Part shown: positions 53,859 to 62,238 of the stretch, piece after piece
Position numbering within the stretch: position 1 is the first letter of the stretch
Layout: each line of letters begins with the position of its first letter
Assembly: GCA_023418315.1 (NCBI GenBank)
Contig: JAEZZY010000019.1
Location: forward strand, 11,574 to 75,573
Reading direction: 5' to 3'
Length of the DNA: 64,000 nt
Source: Bacteroidota bacterium
Lineage (GTDB): Bacteria; Bacteroidota; Bacteroidia; Chitinophagales; Chitinophagaceae
Position numbers and translations under genes: made by a program
The notes under the pieces: generated by a model
Told to the model about the DNA's origin: nothing
What the model saw: the letters and a program-made list of their open reading frames with translations, nothing else
Database searches by the model: none

Positions 53859-55229
53859 TTATTTATTCAACGCATTCAGCACATCGTATTTGGTAAGGAT
53901 ATGGTATTCCCCGCTTTCATCTTTGGTGAGTACCGCACCATTATCTTTATGGATATGATGAGAAAGCCGTTCCACCGTAGTGTCCATTTCCACAACAGGC
54001 AATGCGGCTTCGCACACATCGGCAATGCTATGGTCTTTCACATCGTTGTTCTCTATCATTTTTTTGAACAAGCCCGACTGGGTAACCGCACCGGTAATCG
54101 CTCCGTCTTTCATCACCGGTATTTGCTCAATATCGTATTTTTTCATCAGGTCAAGGGCGTCACTCACTTTGGCAGCTTCGTCTATCGTTACTAATCTTCT
54201 TCTGCCCAGGCCGCCTATAAGATCTTTCACAGTTTCCACCTCCAGGAATCCACGGTCGAGCATCCATTCATCATTATAAATCTTGCCTACATAGCGGCTG
54301 CCATGGTCGTGGAATACCACCACCACAAGGTCGGTAGGTTTCAGTTTGTCTTTAAGTTGTTTGAGTCCGGCAATCACGGAACCGGCGGAGTAGCCTACAA
54401 ACAGTCCTTCTTCTTTGGCTATGCGGCGTGCCATTACGGCGCCGTCTTTATCTGTTACTTTTTCAAAATAGTCTATGGCTTCTTTAATATAATTCTGCGG
54501 CAAGAAATCTTCTCCGAATCCTTCGGAAATATAGGGATGCACTTCGCCCATATCCAGCTCGCCGGTATCGAACCATTTTTTGAGCAGTGAGCCGTAAGTA
54601 TCTATCGCCCACATTTGCACATCGGGATTTTTTTCTTTCATGTACATGCCTATGCCGGTAATGGTGCCGCCTGTACCTGCTGCTACCACCACATGCGTTA
54701 CTTTTCCTTCCGTTTGTTCCCATATCTCTGGCGCGGTGGTTTCATAGTGTGCCTGGCGGTTGGCAAGGTTGTCATACTGATTCACATACCAGCTATTGGG
54801 TATTTCTTTAGCCAGTCTTTTGGAGACGGAGTAATAGGAGCGGGGGTCTTCCGGATCCACATTGGTAGGGCATACGATTACTTCGGCGCCTACGGCTTTG
54901 AGGATGTCTATTTTTTCTTTCGATTGTTTATCGGTAGTGGCGAAGATGCACTTATAGCCTTTGATGATGGCTGCGAGTGCAAGTCCCATACCGGTGTTGC
55001 CGCTGGTACCTTCTATGATGGTGCCGCCGGGTTTTATTTTTCCTTCCTGCTCGGCTACTTCCAGCATTTTCAGTGCCATACGGTCTTTGATAGAGTTTCC
55101 GGGGTTGAAGAAATCAACCTTCGCATATACGGGGCAAGGTATATCGGCTACTACTTTGTGAAGTTTTATCAAAGGAGTATTGCCGATGGTTTGCAATACA
55201 TTGTCGTAAACGCGTTTGCTTGGATTCAT
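53859..55229 (-). CDS. PLP-dependent cystathionine beta-synthase / cysteine synthase-like enzyme with a C-terminal CBS pair
   Basis: GNTPLIKL, NSIKDR, GTSGNTGMGLA and GTGGTITG, plus two CBS motifs at the C-terminus. Confidence 0.85.
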   Translation of the reverse strand: MNPSKRVYDNVLQTIGNTPLIKLHKVVADIPCPVYAKVDFFNPGNSIKDRMALKMLEVAEQEGKIKPGGTIIEGTSGNTGMGLALAAIIKGYKCIFATTDKQSKEKIDILKAVGAEVIVCPTNVDPEDPRSYYSVSKRLAKEIPNSWYVNQYDNLANRQAHYETTAPEIWEQTEGKVTHVVVAAGTGGTITGIGMYMKEKNPDVQMWAIDTYGSLLKKWFDTGELDMGEVHPYISEGFGEDFLPQNYIKEAIDYFEKVTDKDGAVMARRIAKEEGLFVGYSAGSVIAGLKQLKDKLKPTDLVVVVFHDHGSRYVGKIYNDEWMLDRGFLEVETVKDLIGGLGRRRLVTIDEAAKVSDALDLMKKYDIEQIPVMKDGAITGAVTQSGLFKKMIENNDVKDHSIADVCEAALPVVEMDTTVERLSHHIHKDNGAVLTKDESGEYHILTKYDVLNALNK

Positions 55230-55442
55230 AATTTAGAAATTTTTGCGAAGATAATGATTGAGAAACGGATGCGGGGTTTCGGAGAAAGAAAAAATAGCCT
55301 TACTCAAAACCTGTTTTATTCCCTTCTGCAAAGCAAATAAAAAAGACAAAGGCTACAACGTAAAATTAAAACAGGTATTGCTCCTTCTGTTACATTGGAT
55401 TCATAGTATTCTTTGTGTGCAATTTATAGGCTTATGAATCCA

Positions 55443-56576
55443 TCACTTCAACGACTCTTCCAGCACATTTTCCAGCTCTGTGCCACGGAGGTTGGTAGCG
55501 ATGATTTTCCCTTGCGGGTCCACTAAGAAATTCATAGGGATGGATTGCACATTATAATCGCGTGCGGCTATGGATTCCCATCCTTGCAAATCGCTGATAT
55601 GGTGCCAGGTAAGACGGTCATCGGCTATGGCTTTTGCCCATTTTGCCTTATCGCTGTCTAAGGACACACCGAGGATGGTGAAGTTTTTATTTTTGAATTT
55701 GTTGTAGGCAGCTACTACGTTCGGGTTTTCCGCACGGCAGGGTCCGCACCAGGAAGCCCAGAAATCCACCAGCACATATTTTCCTTTCAGCGAGCTGAGC
55801 GATATGTTTTTTCCCTCCGGTGATGGAAGGTCTATTTCCGGCGCTTCTGTGCCCACTACGCGGTTTTCCTGAGTGGCGGAGGCTGTGTTTCCGGTTATCA
55901 TTTGCTCCATCTTTGTGGTATAGTCTTTAGCCAGTTTGCTATTGGGGAAGCGGGTGGCTATAGATTGGGTAAATGTTCGCAGATAGTCTGCTTCGGAGGC
56001 GGGGTTCAGCATCTGTACGGCAAAAAGCGCATTGGGTAAGTAACGGGTAGTATCCGCATAGTTTTCTACATAATGCGTGAGATTGACGTTCATTTCATCC
56101 ATTTCATTCTTTGCTTTTGCCAGCAGGCTGTCATTGCCGCGGATGCGCATAGAATCCATTACGAGGGAAAGTGTATTGTAATCTCGGAGGCTGGTTCTTA
56201 TTTGGCTAAGGAAGCCGTGCAAACTTGCAGATGACGGAGAGCCTGCCACGTTACAATCGGTAAGATTGCTCCAATCGGCTACTACTTTGGTGGTTCCTTT
56301 TTCGAGAGAAAGGATGATGAATTGATTGCCCTGAAAGCGTAAGCGGTATAGCCCGGCTTCTTGCAGCGTACCGCCCATTTCAAAATTTCCTTTGTCGTCC
56401 GAACTTGCGGAGTCTATTACCACCATGTTATTGCTGATGCTCAGCTCTTCGAGATATACAATCTGCTTTGGCATATTACTGATGCTGCCGGCCACCGTAA
56501 AATGATTCTTATCAGAACTGCAAGATGCAAAAAGGGCTACGGTAATTAGGAGAGAAAGTAGATGTCTAAGCCTCAT
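55443..56576 (-). CDS. TlpA-family thiol:disulfide oxidoreductase lipoprotein (DUF4369 + thioredoxin domain)
   Basis: Lipobox FASCSS, FTVAGSISNMP..IVYLEEL (DUF4369-like), and WASWCGPCR. Confidence 0.8.
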   Translation of the reverse strand: MRLRHLLSLLITVALFASCSSDKNHFTVAGSISNMPKQIVYLEELSISNNMVVIDSASSDDKGNFEMGGTLQEAGLYRLRFQGNQFIILSLEKGTTKVVADWSNLTDCNVAGSPSSASLHGFLSQIRTSLRDYNTLSLVMDSMRIRGNDSLLAKAKNEMDEMNVNLTHYVENYADTTRYLPNALFAVQMLNPASEADYLRTFTQSIATRFPNSKLAKDYTTKMEQMITGNTASATQENRVVGTEAPEIDLPSPEGKNISLSSLKGKYVLVDFWASWCGPCRAENPNVVAAYNKFKNKNFTILGVSLDSDKAKWAKAIADDRLTWHHISDLQGWESIAARDYNVQSIPMNFLVDPQGKIIATNLRGTELENVLEESLK

Positions 56577-56720
56577 TCATTTATTTTTTCAACGTGCAAA
56601 CATAGAGAATTATCCAATCGTAAACTGAATGTAAAAAGTTAAGGTTAAAGACGGGATTTTATAATCGCATGACAATTCTCTGACAATCCAAAAAAGAGTT
56701 TGTAAGATATTTGCACCGTC

Positions 56721-57728
56721 ATGAATTTGAGAAGCCCCCTCGCTGCCGTAACTGTTTTTTCCTTGTTTGCATTCAGCTCCTGCGAAAAGGTCGAATCGCC
56801 TATTATTTTACCTCCTTCCAACGGCTCTCACATGCAAACGGTAACAATGGGCATTGATTACCAAACCCAGATTTATTTTGATTTAAAGACACAGTCCATC
56901 GTAAAAACCATTCCCTATAATGTATGGGATCTTGCTTTTGAAACCGGACAAGACGGCCGGCATGTATTTATGAACGGCTCAAAAAATATTTTTATTTATA
57001 ACACCCATGAAACAGATCCTGCAAAAATTACCGACGGTTATCAATACAGCATCTCCGACAGCAGCTACCGTTTCGATGCGCCTTGCGGATTGCCGGACTC
57101 AACCGGCGTAGGCGAGTGGTGCTCCGCCGATAAAAAAACCAAGAACGAAGTATATCTTGTAAATATCAAAAGCGAAAAAACGTATAAAAAATTTGTACTG
57201 AAATCGGTGGATGAAAACAGCTATACGATGGCATACGGAGATCTTTCCGATAAGGAGCTAAAAACCATTACCCTCCCTAAAGACAATCAATATAATTATG
57301 TCTTCTTTTCTTTTGCCCATGGAGGAGAAATAATAAACTCCGAACCGCCCAAGGAAACCTGGGATATTGTATTCACCTATTACCGCCATTATTATTACGA
57401 TCGGAATATGCCTTATCTGGTAAGCGGTGTATTGCTTAATCCCTATAAAACAACCGCCTTCGCCGACTCTACCACGGGATACCTAAATATAGATTATAAC
57501 GTTGCGGCGAACAAGGCGTTCTCCAACCACAGAGATATTATAGGTTATAACTGGAAAGACCCCATCATAGACATGCAGACCAACACAGCTACCTATATCG
57601 TAAAATCGGAGAACGTATATGTCATCAAAAATCAAAACGATGAATACTGGAAACTCCATTTTCTCGGTTTTTATGATGATAACGGTGTGAAGGGAAGTCC
57701 TTCTTTCGAGTTTGAACGAATACAATAA
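56721..57728 (+). CDS. HmuY-like lipoprotein (tentative)
   Basis: Lipobox FSSCEK. Two WD(L/I)xF motifs (YNVWDLAFE, ETWDIVFTYY) are reminiscent of the HmuY family. Confidence 0.4.
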   Translation: MNLRSPLAAVTVFSLFAFSSCEKVESPIILPPSNGSHMQTVTMGIDYQTQIYFDLKTQSIVKTIPYNVWDLAFETGQDGRHVFMNGSKNIFIYNTHETDPAKITDGYQYSISDSSYRFDAPCGLPDSTGVGEWCSADKKTKNEVYLVNIKSEKTYKKFVLKSVDENSYTMAYGDLSDKELKTITLPKDNQYNYVFFSFAHGGEIINSEPPKETWDIVFTYYRHYYYDRNMPYLVSGVLLNPYKTTAFADSTTGYLNIDYNVAANKAFSNHRDIIGYNWKDPIIDMQTNTATYIVKSENVYVIKNQNDEYWKLHFLGFYDDNGVKGSPSFEFERIQ

Positions 57729-57766
57729 AACGCTATCCTCTGTTTTATAGGGGAGCAACGGAAAAA

Positions 57767-57817
57767 GGTTGTTTCAAAAACCGGTGCGGTTCTTAAAACA
57801 ACCCTTCGTCGTTTTTT
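57767..57817. terminator. Stem-loop between convergent genes (possible bidirectional terminator)
   Basis: GGTTGTTT-(21 nt)-AAACAACC. A T6 run lies 8 nt downstream on the + strand, and TTTTT follows directly on the minus strand. Confidence 0.4.
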
Positions 57818-57830
57818 ATTCTGCTTTGTG

Positions 57831-59225
57831 CTACAAGATTTCTTTTTTCACTTCTTCCAATATGTCCCATGTTTCTTCGCGGCTGTTGCCTTCGGCATAA
57901 ATGCGCAAAAGCGGTTCCGTACCCGATGCGCGGAGCATCATCCATCCGCCGTTGTCGAGATGATATTTCACTCCGTCAATCGTTTCGCGGCGGTTGAAGG
58001 TGTATTTTCCAAACTTGCTATAGCCGTCGTTTTGCGCAGTTTGGATAATGTGTTCTTTCTTGGAATTTTCAAGTGTGAGGTCATTGCGCTCATACACAAA
58101 AGCGCCCACTACTTCATATACCTCTTGTATCAGTTCTTTCAGTGTTTTTCCGGTTTCGGTCATGAATTGATAAAGCAGCAAGCCGTCATAGATACCGTCG
58201 CGTTCGGGGATATGTCCTTTTACTGCGATGCCGCCGCTTTCCTCACCGCCTACCAGCACATCCTCATGCACCATAATCTCGCTGATGTATTTAAACCCAA
58301 TCGGCGTTACTTCTACGGGCAGGTTATAGGCGGCGCACATTTTCTTCACACGGTCTGTTACGGAGAAGGCGATTGCCACTTTGCCACTCATGTTTTTATA
58401 CTTATGTAGATAATGCACGAGCAGCAACAGGATGTGATGCGCATCCACAAAATTTCCGTCTTCATCATAAAGTCCTATTCTGTCTGCATCGCCATCGGTA
58501 GCCAGCCCTATTTTCAGTTCCGGCGTGTGGCGCATGGTATGGGCAAGAGTTTGCAGGTTTTTATCCAGTGGTTCGGGAGCCTGCCCCATAAAGCCGGGGT
58601 TGTTTTCGCAATGCAGCAATACCGCGTGGGGAAGCAAGCGGCGCACCACGTTTTGTCCGGCGCCATACATCGCGTCATAAGCCATTTTATAGGGCGATTT
58701 ATTCAGCGCTTCAAAGTCAAATTTTGTTTGCAGATACGATACATACATATCTTCCAGGTTCACATACTGAAGCAGTCCTTTTTCTTCCCAGTGTGCAAGC
58801 GGTTGCTCGTTGTAGGAATATTCATCCGGTATCAGTGCTTCCACCGCAGCTATATCTTTGGGGCTTGAAGGTCCGCCATGTGCGCCTTTCAGTTTATAGC
58901 CGTTATAGGACGGCGGGTTGTGTGAAGCCGTGATGACCACGCCCTGCTGTGCTTTAAGGGCGAGTACGGCATAGGAAATCATAGGAGTGCTGATAGCGCC
59001 TTTGGCGAGTTTTACGCGGATGCCGTTGGCACAAAGCACTTTCGCTACCGTTTCGGTAAACATCTCCCCGCCAAAACGAAAATCATGTCCCACCACTACC
59101 ATAGCTCCTGCGCCAAGCCATTTCGCCAAACCGGCGCTTACACGTGCTACATTGTAAACCGTAAAATCCTTTGCTATAATGGCACGCCATCCGTCCGTAC
59201 CGAATTTGATTGTATCAGGTGTCAT
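57831..59225 (-). CDS. Phosphoglucomutase/phosphomannomutase-family (alpha-D-phosphohexomutase) enzyme
   Basis: FGTDGWRA, TASHNPPSYNGYK, ATDGDADR and GEESGG. Confidence 0.85.
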   Translation of the reverse strand: MTPDTIKFGTDGWRAIIAKDFTVYNVARVSAGLAKWLGAGAMVVVGHDFRFGGEMFTETVAKVLCANGIRVKLAKGAISTPMISYAVLALKAQQGVVITASHNPPSYNGYKLKGAHGGPSSPKDIAAVEALIPDEYSYNEQPLAHWEEKGLLQYVNLEDMYVSYLQTKFDFEALNKSPYKMAYDAMYGAGQNVVRRLLPHAVLLHCENNPGFMGQAPEPLDKNLQTLAHTMRHTPELKIGLATDGDADRIGLYDEDGNFVDAHHILLLLVHYLHKYKNMSGKVAIAFSVTDRVKKMCAAYNLPVEVTPIGFKYISEIMVHEDVLVGGEESGGIAVKGHIPERDGIYDGLLLYQFMTETGKTLKELIQEVYEVVGAFVYERNDLTLENSKKEHIIQTAQNDGYSKFGKYTFNRRETIDGVKYHLDNGGWMMLRASGTEPLLRIYAEGNSREETWDILEEVKKEIL

Positions 59226-59404
59226 TGTTCGTATAGTAATTTATATGGGCGGCAAATGTAATAAACCTTTCCTTGCCTATGGCGGATAAAAACTAACCTT
59301 TGAAAAATGGATTTTAAAAAGCCTATGAAAGGGATGACGTTTTATTCTACGTAGGGTAGTGGTTACAGCCATTTTTTCTTCCCAATAACAAAGCACCAAA
59401 ACCT

Positions 59405-59412
59405 TACCTTTG
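59405..59412 (+). promoter_or_regulatory. Bacteroidota -7 promoter box (TAnnTTTG) for ychF
   Basis: cTTACCTTTGCACCC, with TACCTTTG 18 nt upstream of the GTG start. Confidence 0.45.
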
Positions 59413-59430
59413 CACCCAAATTTTTAAAGC

Positions 59431-60528
59431 GTGGCATTACAAGTAGGCATCGTAGGACTTCCCAACGTAGGTAAATCAACATTGTTCAACGCGGTGAGCA
59501 ACAGCGCCAAAGCGCAGGCATCCAACTACCGATTCTGTACCATAGACCCCAATGTGGGTCAGGTGGATGTGCCGGACGAGCGTCTGGATAAATTAGCCGA
59601 GTTAGTACAGCCGCAGCGTACCGTGCCTACAACTATCGAATTTGTGGACATTGCCGGCCTCGTAAAAGGAGCCAGCAAAGGAGAAGGATTGGGAAATAAA
59701 TTCCTGGGAAACATTCGTGAGGTAGATGCCATCGTGCATGTCATCCGCTGTTTTGAAGATGAAAATATCCTCCGCGAAGAAGGCGCCATCAACCCTATAG
59801 GCGATAAGGAAATTATAGATACCGAGCTACAGCTGAAAGACCTGGACAGTGTGGAAAAGAAAATTTCCCGCTACGAAAAAATTGCGAAAAACGACCCGAA
59901 AGCAAAAGCCGTGTATGAGGTTTTGCTGAAATGCAAAGAACATTTATACCAGGGAAAAAACATTCGGGGATTACAATTGGAAGGTGAAGACCGTGAAGCG
60001 ATTGCCGATTTGTTTTTGCTCACGGAAAAACCGGTGTTGTATGTAGCCAATGTGGATGAAGCCGGTATTCACACGGGAAATAAATACTCTGAAGCGCTGG
60101 TGAAAGCAGCAAACGATGAAGGTGCAGAAGTGATTGTGATGAATAATAATATAGAAGCGCAGATTTCCGAAATGGAAAATGAAGAGGATAAAGCCTTGTT
60201 TCTGGAAGAATACGGACTAAAAGAGCCTGGGCTGAATCGCCTGATCCGTGCGGCCTATAAACTGCTCAACCTGATTACCTACTTCACTGCGGGTGTGCAG
60301 GAAGTGCGTGCCTGGACCATTCACAAAGGATGGAAAGCCCCCCAAGCTGCGAGTGTGATCCATACCGATTTTGAAAAAGGATTTATCAAAGCGGAAACGA
60401 TTGCCTATAATGACTATGTACAATACGGTAGTGAAGCCGCTTGTAGGGAAAACGGAAAACTAAGAATTGAAGGGAAGGAATATGTGGTGAACGATGGCGA
60501 TGTACTGCATTTCAGATTTAATGTATAA
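59431..60528 (+). CDS. ychF: Redox-regulated ribosome-binding ATPase YchF
   Basis: GTG start. GIVGLPNVGKSTLFNA, DIAGLVKGAS, and a C-terminal TGS-like GDVLHFRFNV. Confidence 0.92.
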   Translation: MALQVGIVGLPNVGKSTLFNAVSNSAKAQASNYRFCTIDPNVGQVDVPDERLDKLAELVQPQRTVPTTIEFVDIAGLVKGASKGEGLGNKFLGNIREVDAIVHVIRCFEDENILREEGAINPIGDKEIIDTELQLKDLDSVEKKISRYEKIAKNDPKAKAVYEVLLKCKEHLYQGKNIRGLQLEGEDREAIADLFLLTEKPVLYVANVDEAGIHTGNKYSEALVKAANDEGAEVIVMNNNIEAQISEMENEEDKALFLEEYGLKEPGLNRLIRAAYKLLNLITYFTAGVQEVRAWTIHKGWKAPQAASVIHTDFEKGFIKAETIAYNDYVQYGSEAACRENGKLRIEGKEYVVNDGDVLHFRFNV

Positions 60529-60754
60529 AGCAGCGCACGCCTTTATTCCGTTTATGGGAATACCAAGCCGTTTAAATGCCATAAGCTATCAATGCGGAGT
60601 GCATGATGGCATTAAGTTTGCTGAAAAAAATGCCTATAACGCCCCACTGTGCAAGGGATTTTGAACATCTCTTAGTGCGCTCCCCCTTTATGCGGTAGCG
60701 TTTTCTTTTCAATACTTCTTACCTTCACCCTCACAAATTTTTAAAGAAAACATC

Positions 60755-62047
60755 ATGAAATACACTGCTATTCCGTCCAAGCTTTATACCCAAAACCGTC
60801 AGCGCTTTATGAAAGCCATGAAGCCTAACAGCATAGCCATTTTCCCTGCCAATCCCGAATTGCCGGAAAACGGAGATGCGGTCTATAAGTATAAAGCCAA
60901 CTCGGATGTAGTGTGGCTAAGCGGAATTGTACAAGAAAAAACAATGGTCATTCTTTATCCCGATAATGCGGATAAAAATGCAAGGGAAGTGTTAGTGGTG
61001 CAGCGCCCTAATGAACATCTTGAAAAATGGAATGGTCATTTGCTTCGTAAAGAAGAAGCAACCGAGCTTTCCGGCATTCAGAATGTACAGTATGTGGACA
61101 GTATAGACGCGCAGCTTCACTTATGGATGCACCATGCCGATTCTGTATATCTTAATACTAATGAAAACGACCGCCTCAATACCGAAAATGTGCGTACTGA
61201 TCTTTTGTTCGTGCATGAGTTCATGAAGAAATATCCGCTGCATCATTATGAGCGTGCCGCACGCATCATGAAACAACTGCGCGCCATTAAAACCAAAGAA
61301 GAAATAGCGGTAACGCAAACAGCGATAGACATTACGCATAAAGCCTTTGCGCGCGTATGCAAATTTGTACAGCCCGGCGTAATGGAATACGAAATAGAAG
61401 CGGAAATCACTCATGAATTTCTCCGCAACCGGGCTACCCGCCACGCTTATGGATGCATCATCGCTTCCGGCGACAGCGCACGTGTACTGCATTATGTAGA
61501 GAACAACCGCGTGTGTAACGATGGCGATTTGTTGTTGATGGATTTTGGCGCGGAATATGGAAATTATTGTGCTGATCTTACCCGCACTATTCCGGTAAAC
61601 GGAAAATTCACCAAAAGACAGAAAGAAGTATATAATGCCTGCCTTGCGGTGCATAATTATTGCGCAAGCATTTTAAAACCCAATATCAATTATGCCGATT
61701 ATATCCATAAGGTGAATATGGAAATGGAAAAACAGCTCATGAAAATCGGACTGATTTCTAAATCGGATATAAAAAACCAAGATCCTGAAAACCCTGCTTA
61801 CCGCAAGTATTTCTACCACGGTATAGGGCATCATCTCGGCATAGATGTACATGATATAGGAACAAGAAACGAACCCGTAAAAGCAGGAATGCTTTTCACC
61901 ATAGAACCGGGTATCTACATAGAAGAAGAAAATATGGGCATCCGCATAGAAAACAACTACTGGCTCACCAAAAACGGAAATATAGACCTGTTCAAAGGCA
62001 TACCGATAACGGTGGAAGAAATAGAAGCGGCAATGAAAAGAAAATAG
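60755..62047 (+). CDS. Xaa-Pro aminopeptidase (M24B family)
   Basis: Creatinase-like N-terminal domain. DFGAEYGNYCADLTRT, HGIGHHLGIDVHD and EPGIYIEE. Confidence 0.85.
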   Translation: MKYTAIPSKLYTQNRQRFMKAMKPNSIAIFPANPELPENGDAVYKYKANSDVVWLSGIVQEKTMVILYPDNADKNAREVLVVQRPNEHLEKWNGHLLRKEEATELSGIQNVQYVDSIDAQLHLWMHHADSVYLNTNENDRLNTENVRTDLLFVHEFMKKYPLHHYERAARIMKQLRAIKTKEEIAVTQTAIDITHKAFARVCKFVQPGVMEYEIEAEITHEFLRNRATRHAYGCIIASGDSARVLHYVENNRVCNDGDLLLMDFGAEYGNYCADLTRTIPVNGKFTKRQKEVYNACLAVHNYCASILKPNINYADYIHKVNMEMEKQLMKIGLISKSDIKNQDPENPAYRKYFYHGIGHHLGIDVHDIGTRNEPVKAGMLFTIEPGIYIEEENMGIRIENNYWLTKNGNIDLFKGIPITVEEIEAAMKRK

Positions 62048-62238
62048 TGTTTGACAGAGCGTAAGCCTATAAGGTTATTCAATTTTCTGTTTGCTTATAG
62101 AATTGTCATATTAAGGTTAATTAAGCCTTTTTATAGGGCAAATTCCGTTTAGATGAGTAATATTGACGATGAACAAAGTTAAGTGCCAACACTTGCCTTG
62201 CGCAAGCCGTCTTTAAACATAAGACTTTGTAAAACAAA

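Noticed and set aside
55230-55442. A SAM/S-box or other riboswitch upstream of the CBS-type PLP enzyme gene
   Set aside because: Reading the minus-strand leader, I found none of the conserved S-box core elements. I saw only a weak -7-like box (TATCTTCG) and a loose hairpin.
1469-61654. Long antisense ORFs inside well-supported genes. Examples are 1469..2074, 10559..11008, 13279..13737, 17140..17751, 33596..34054, 36614..37114, 46049..46426, 54615..55340, 57828..58409 and 61121..61654.
   Set aside because: Each overlaps a gene with strong family motifs on the opposite strand, and none shows a recognisable domain, signal or sensible composition. They are typical shadow ORFs.
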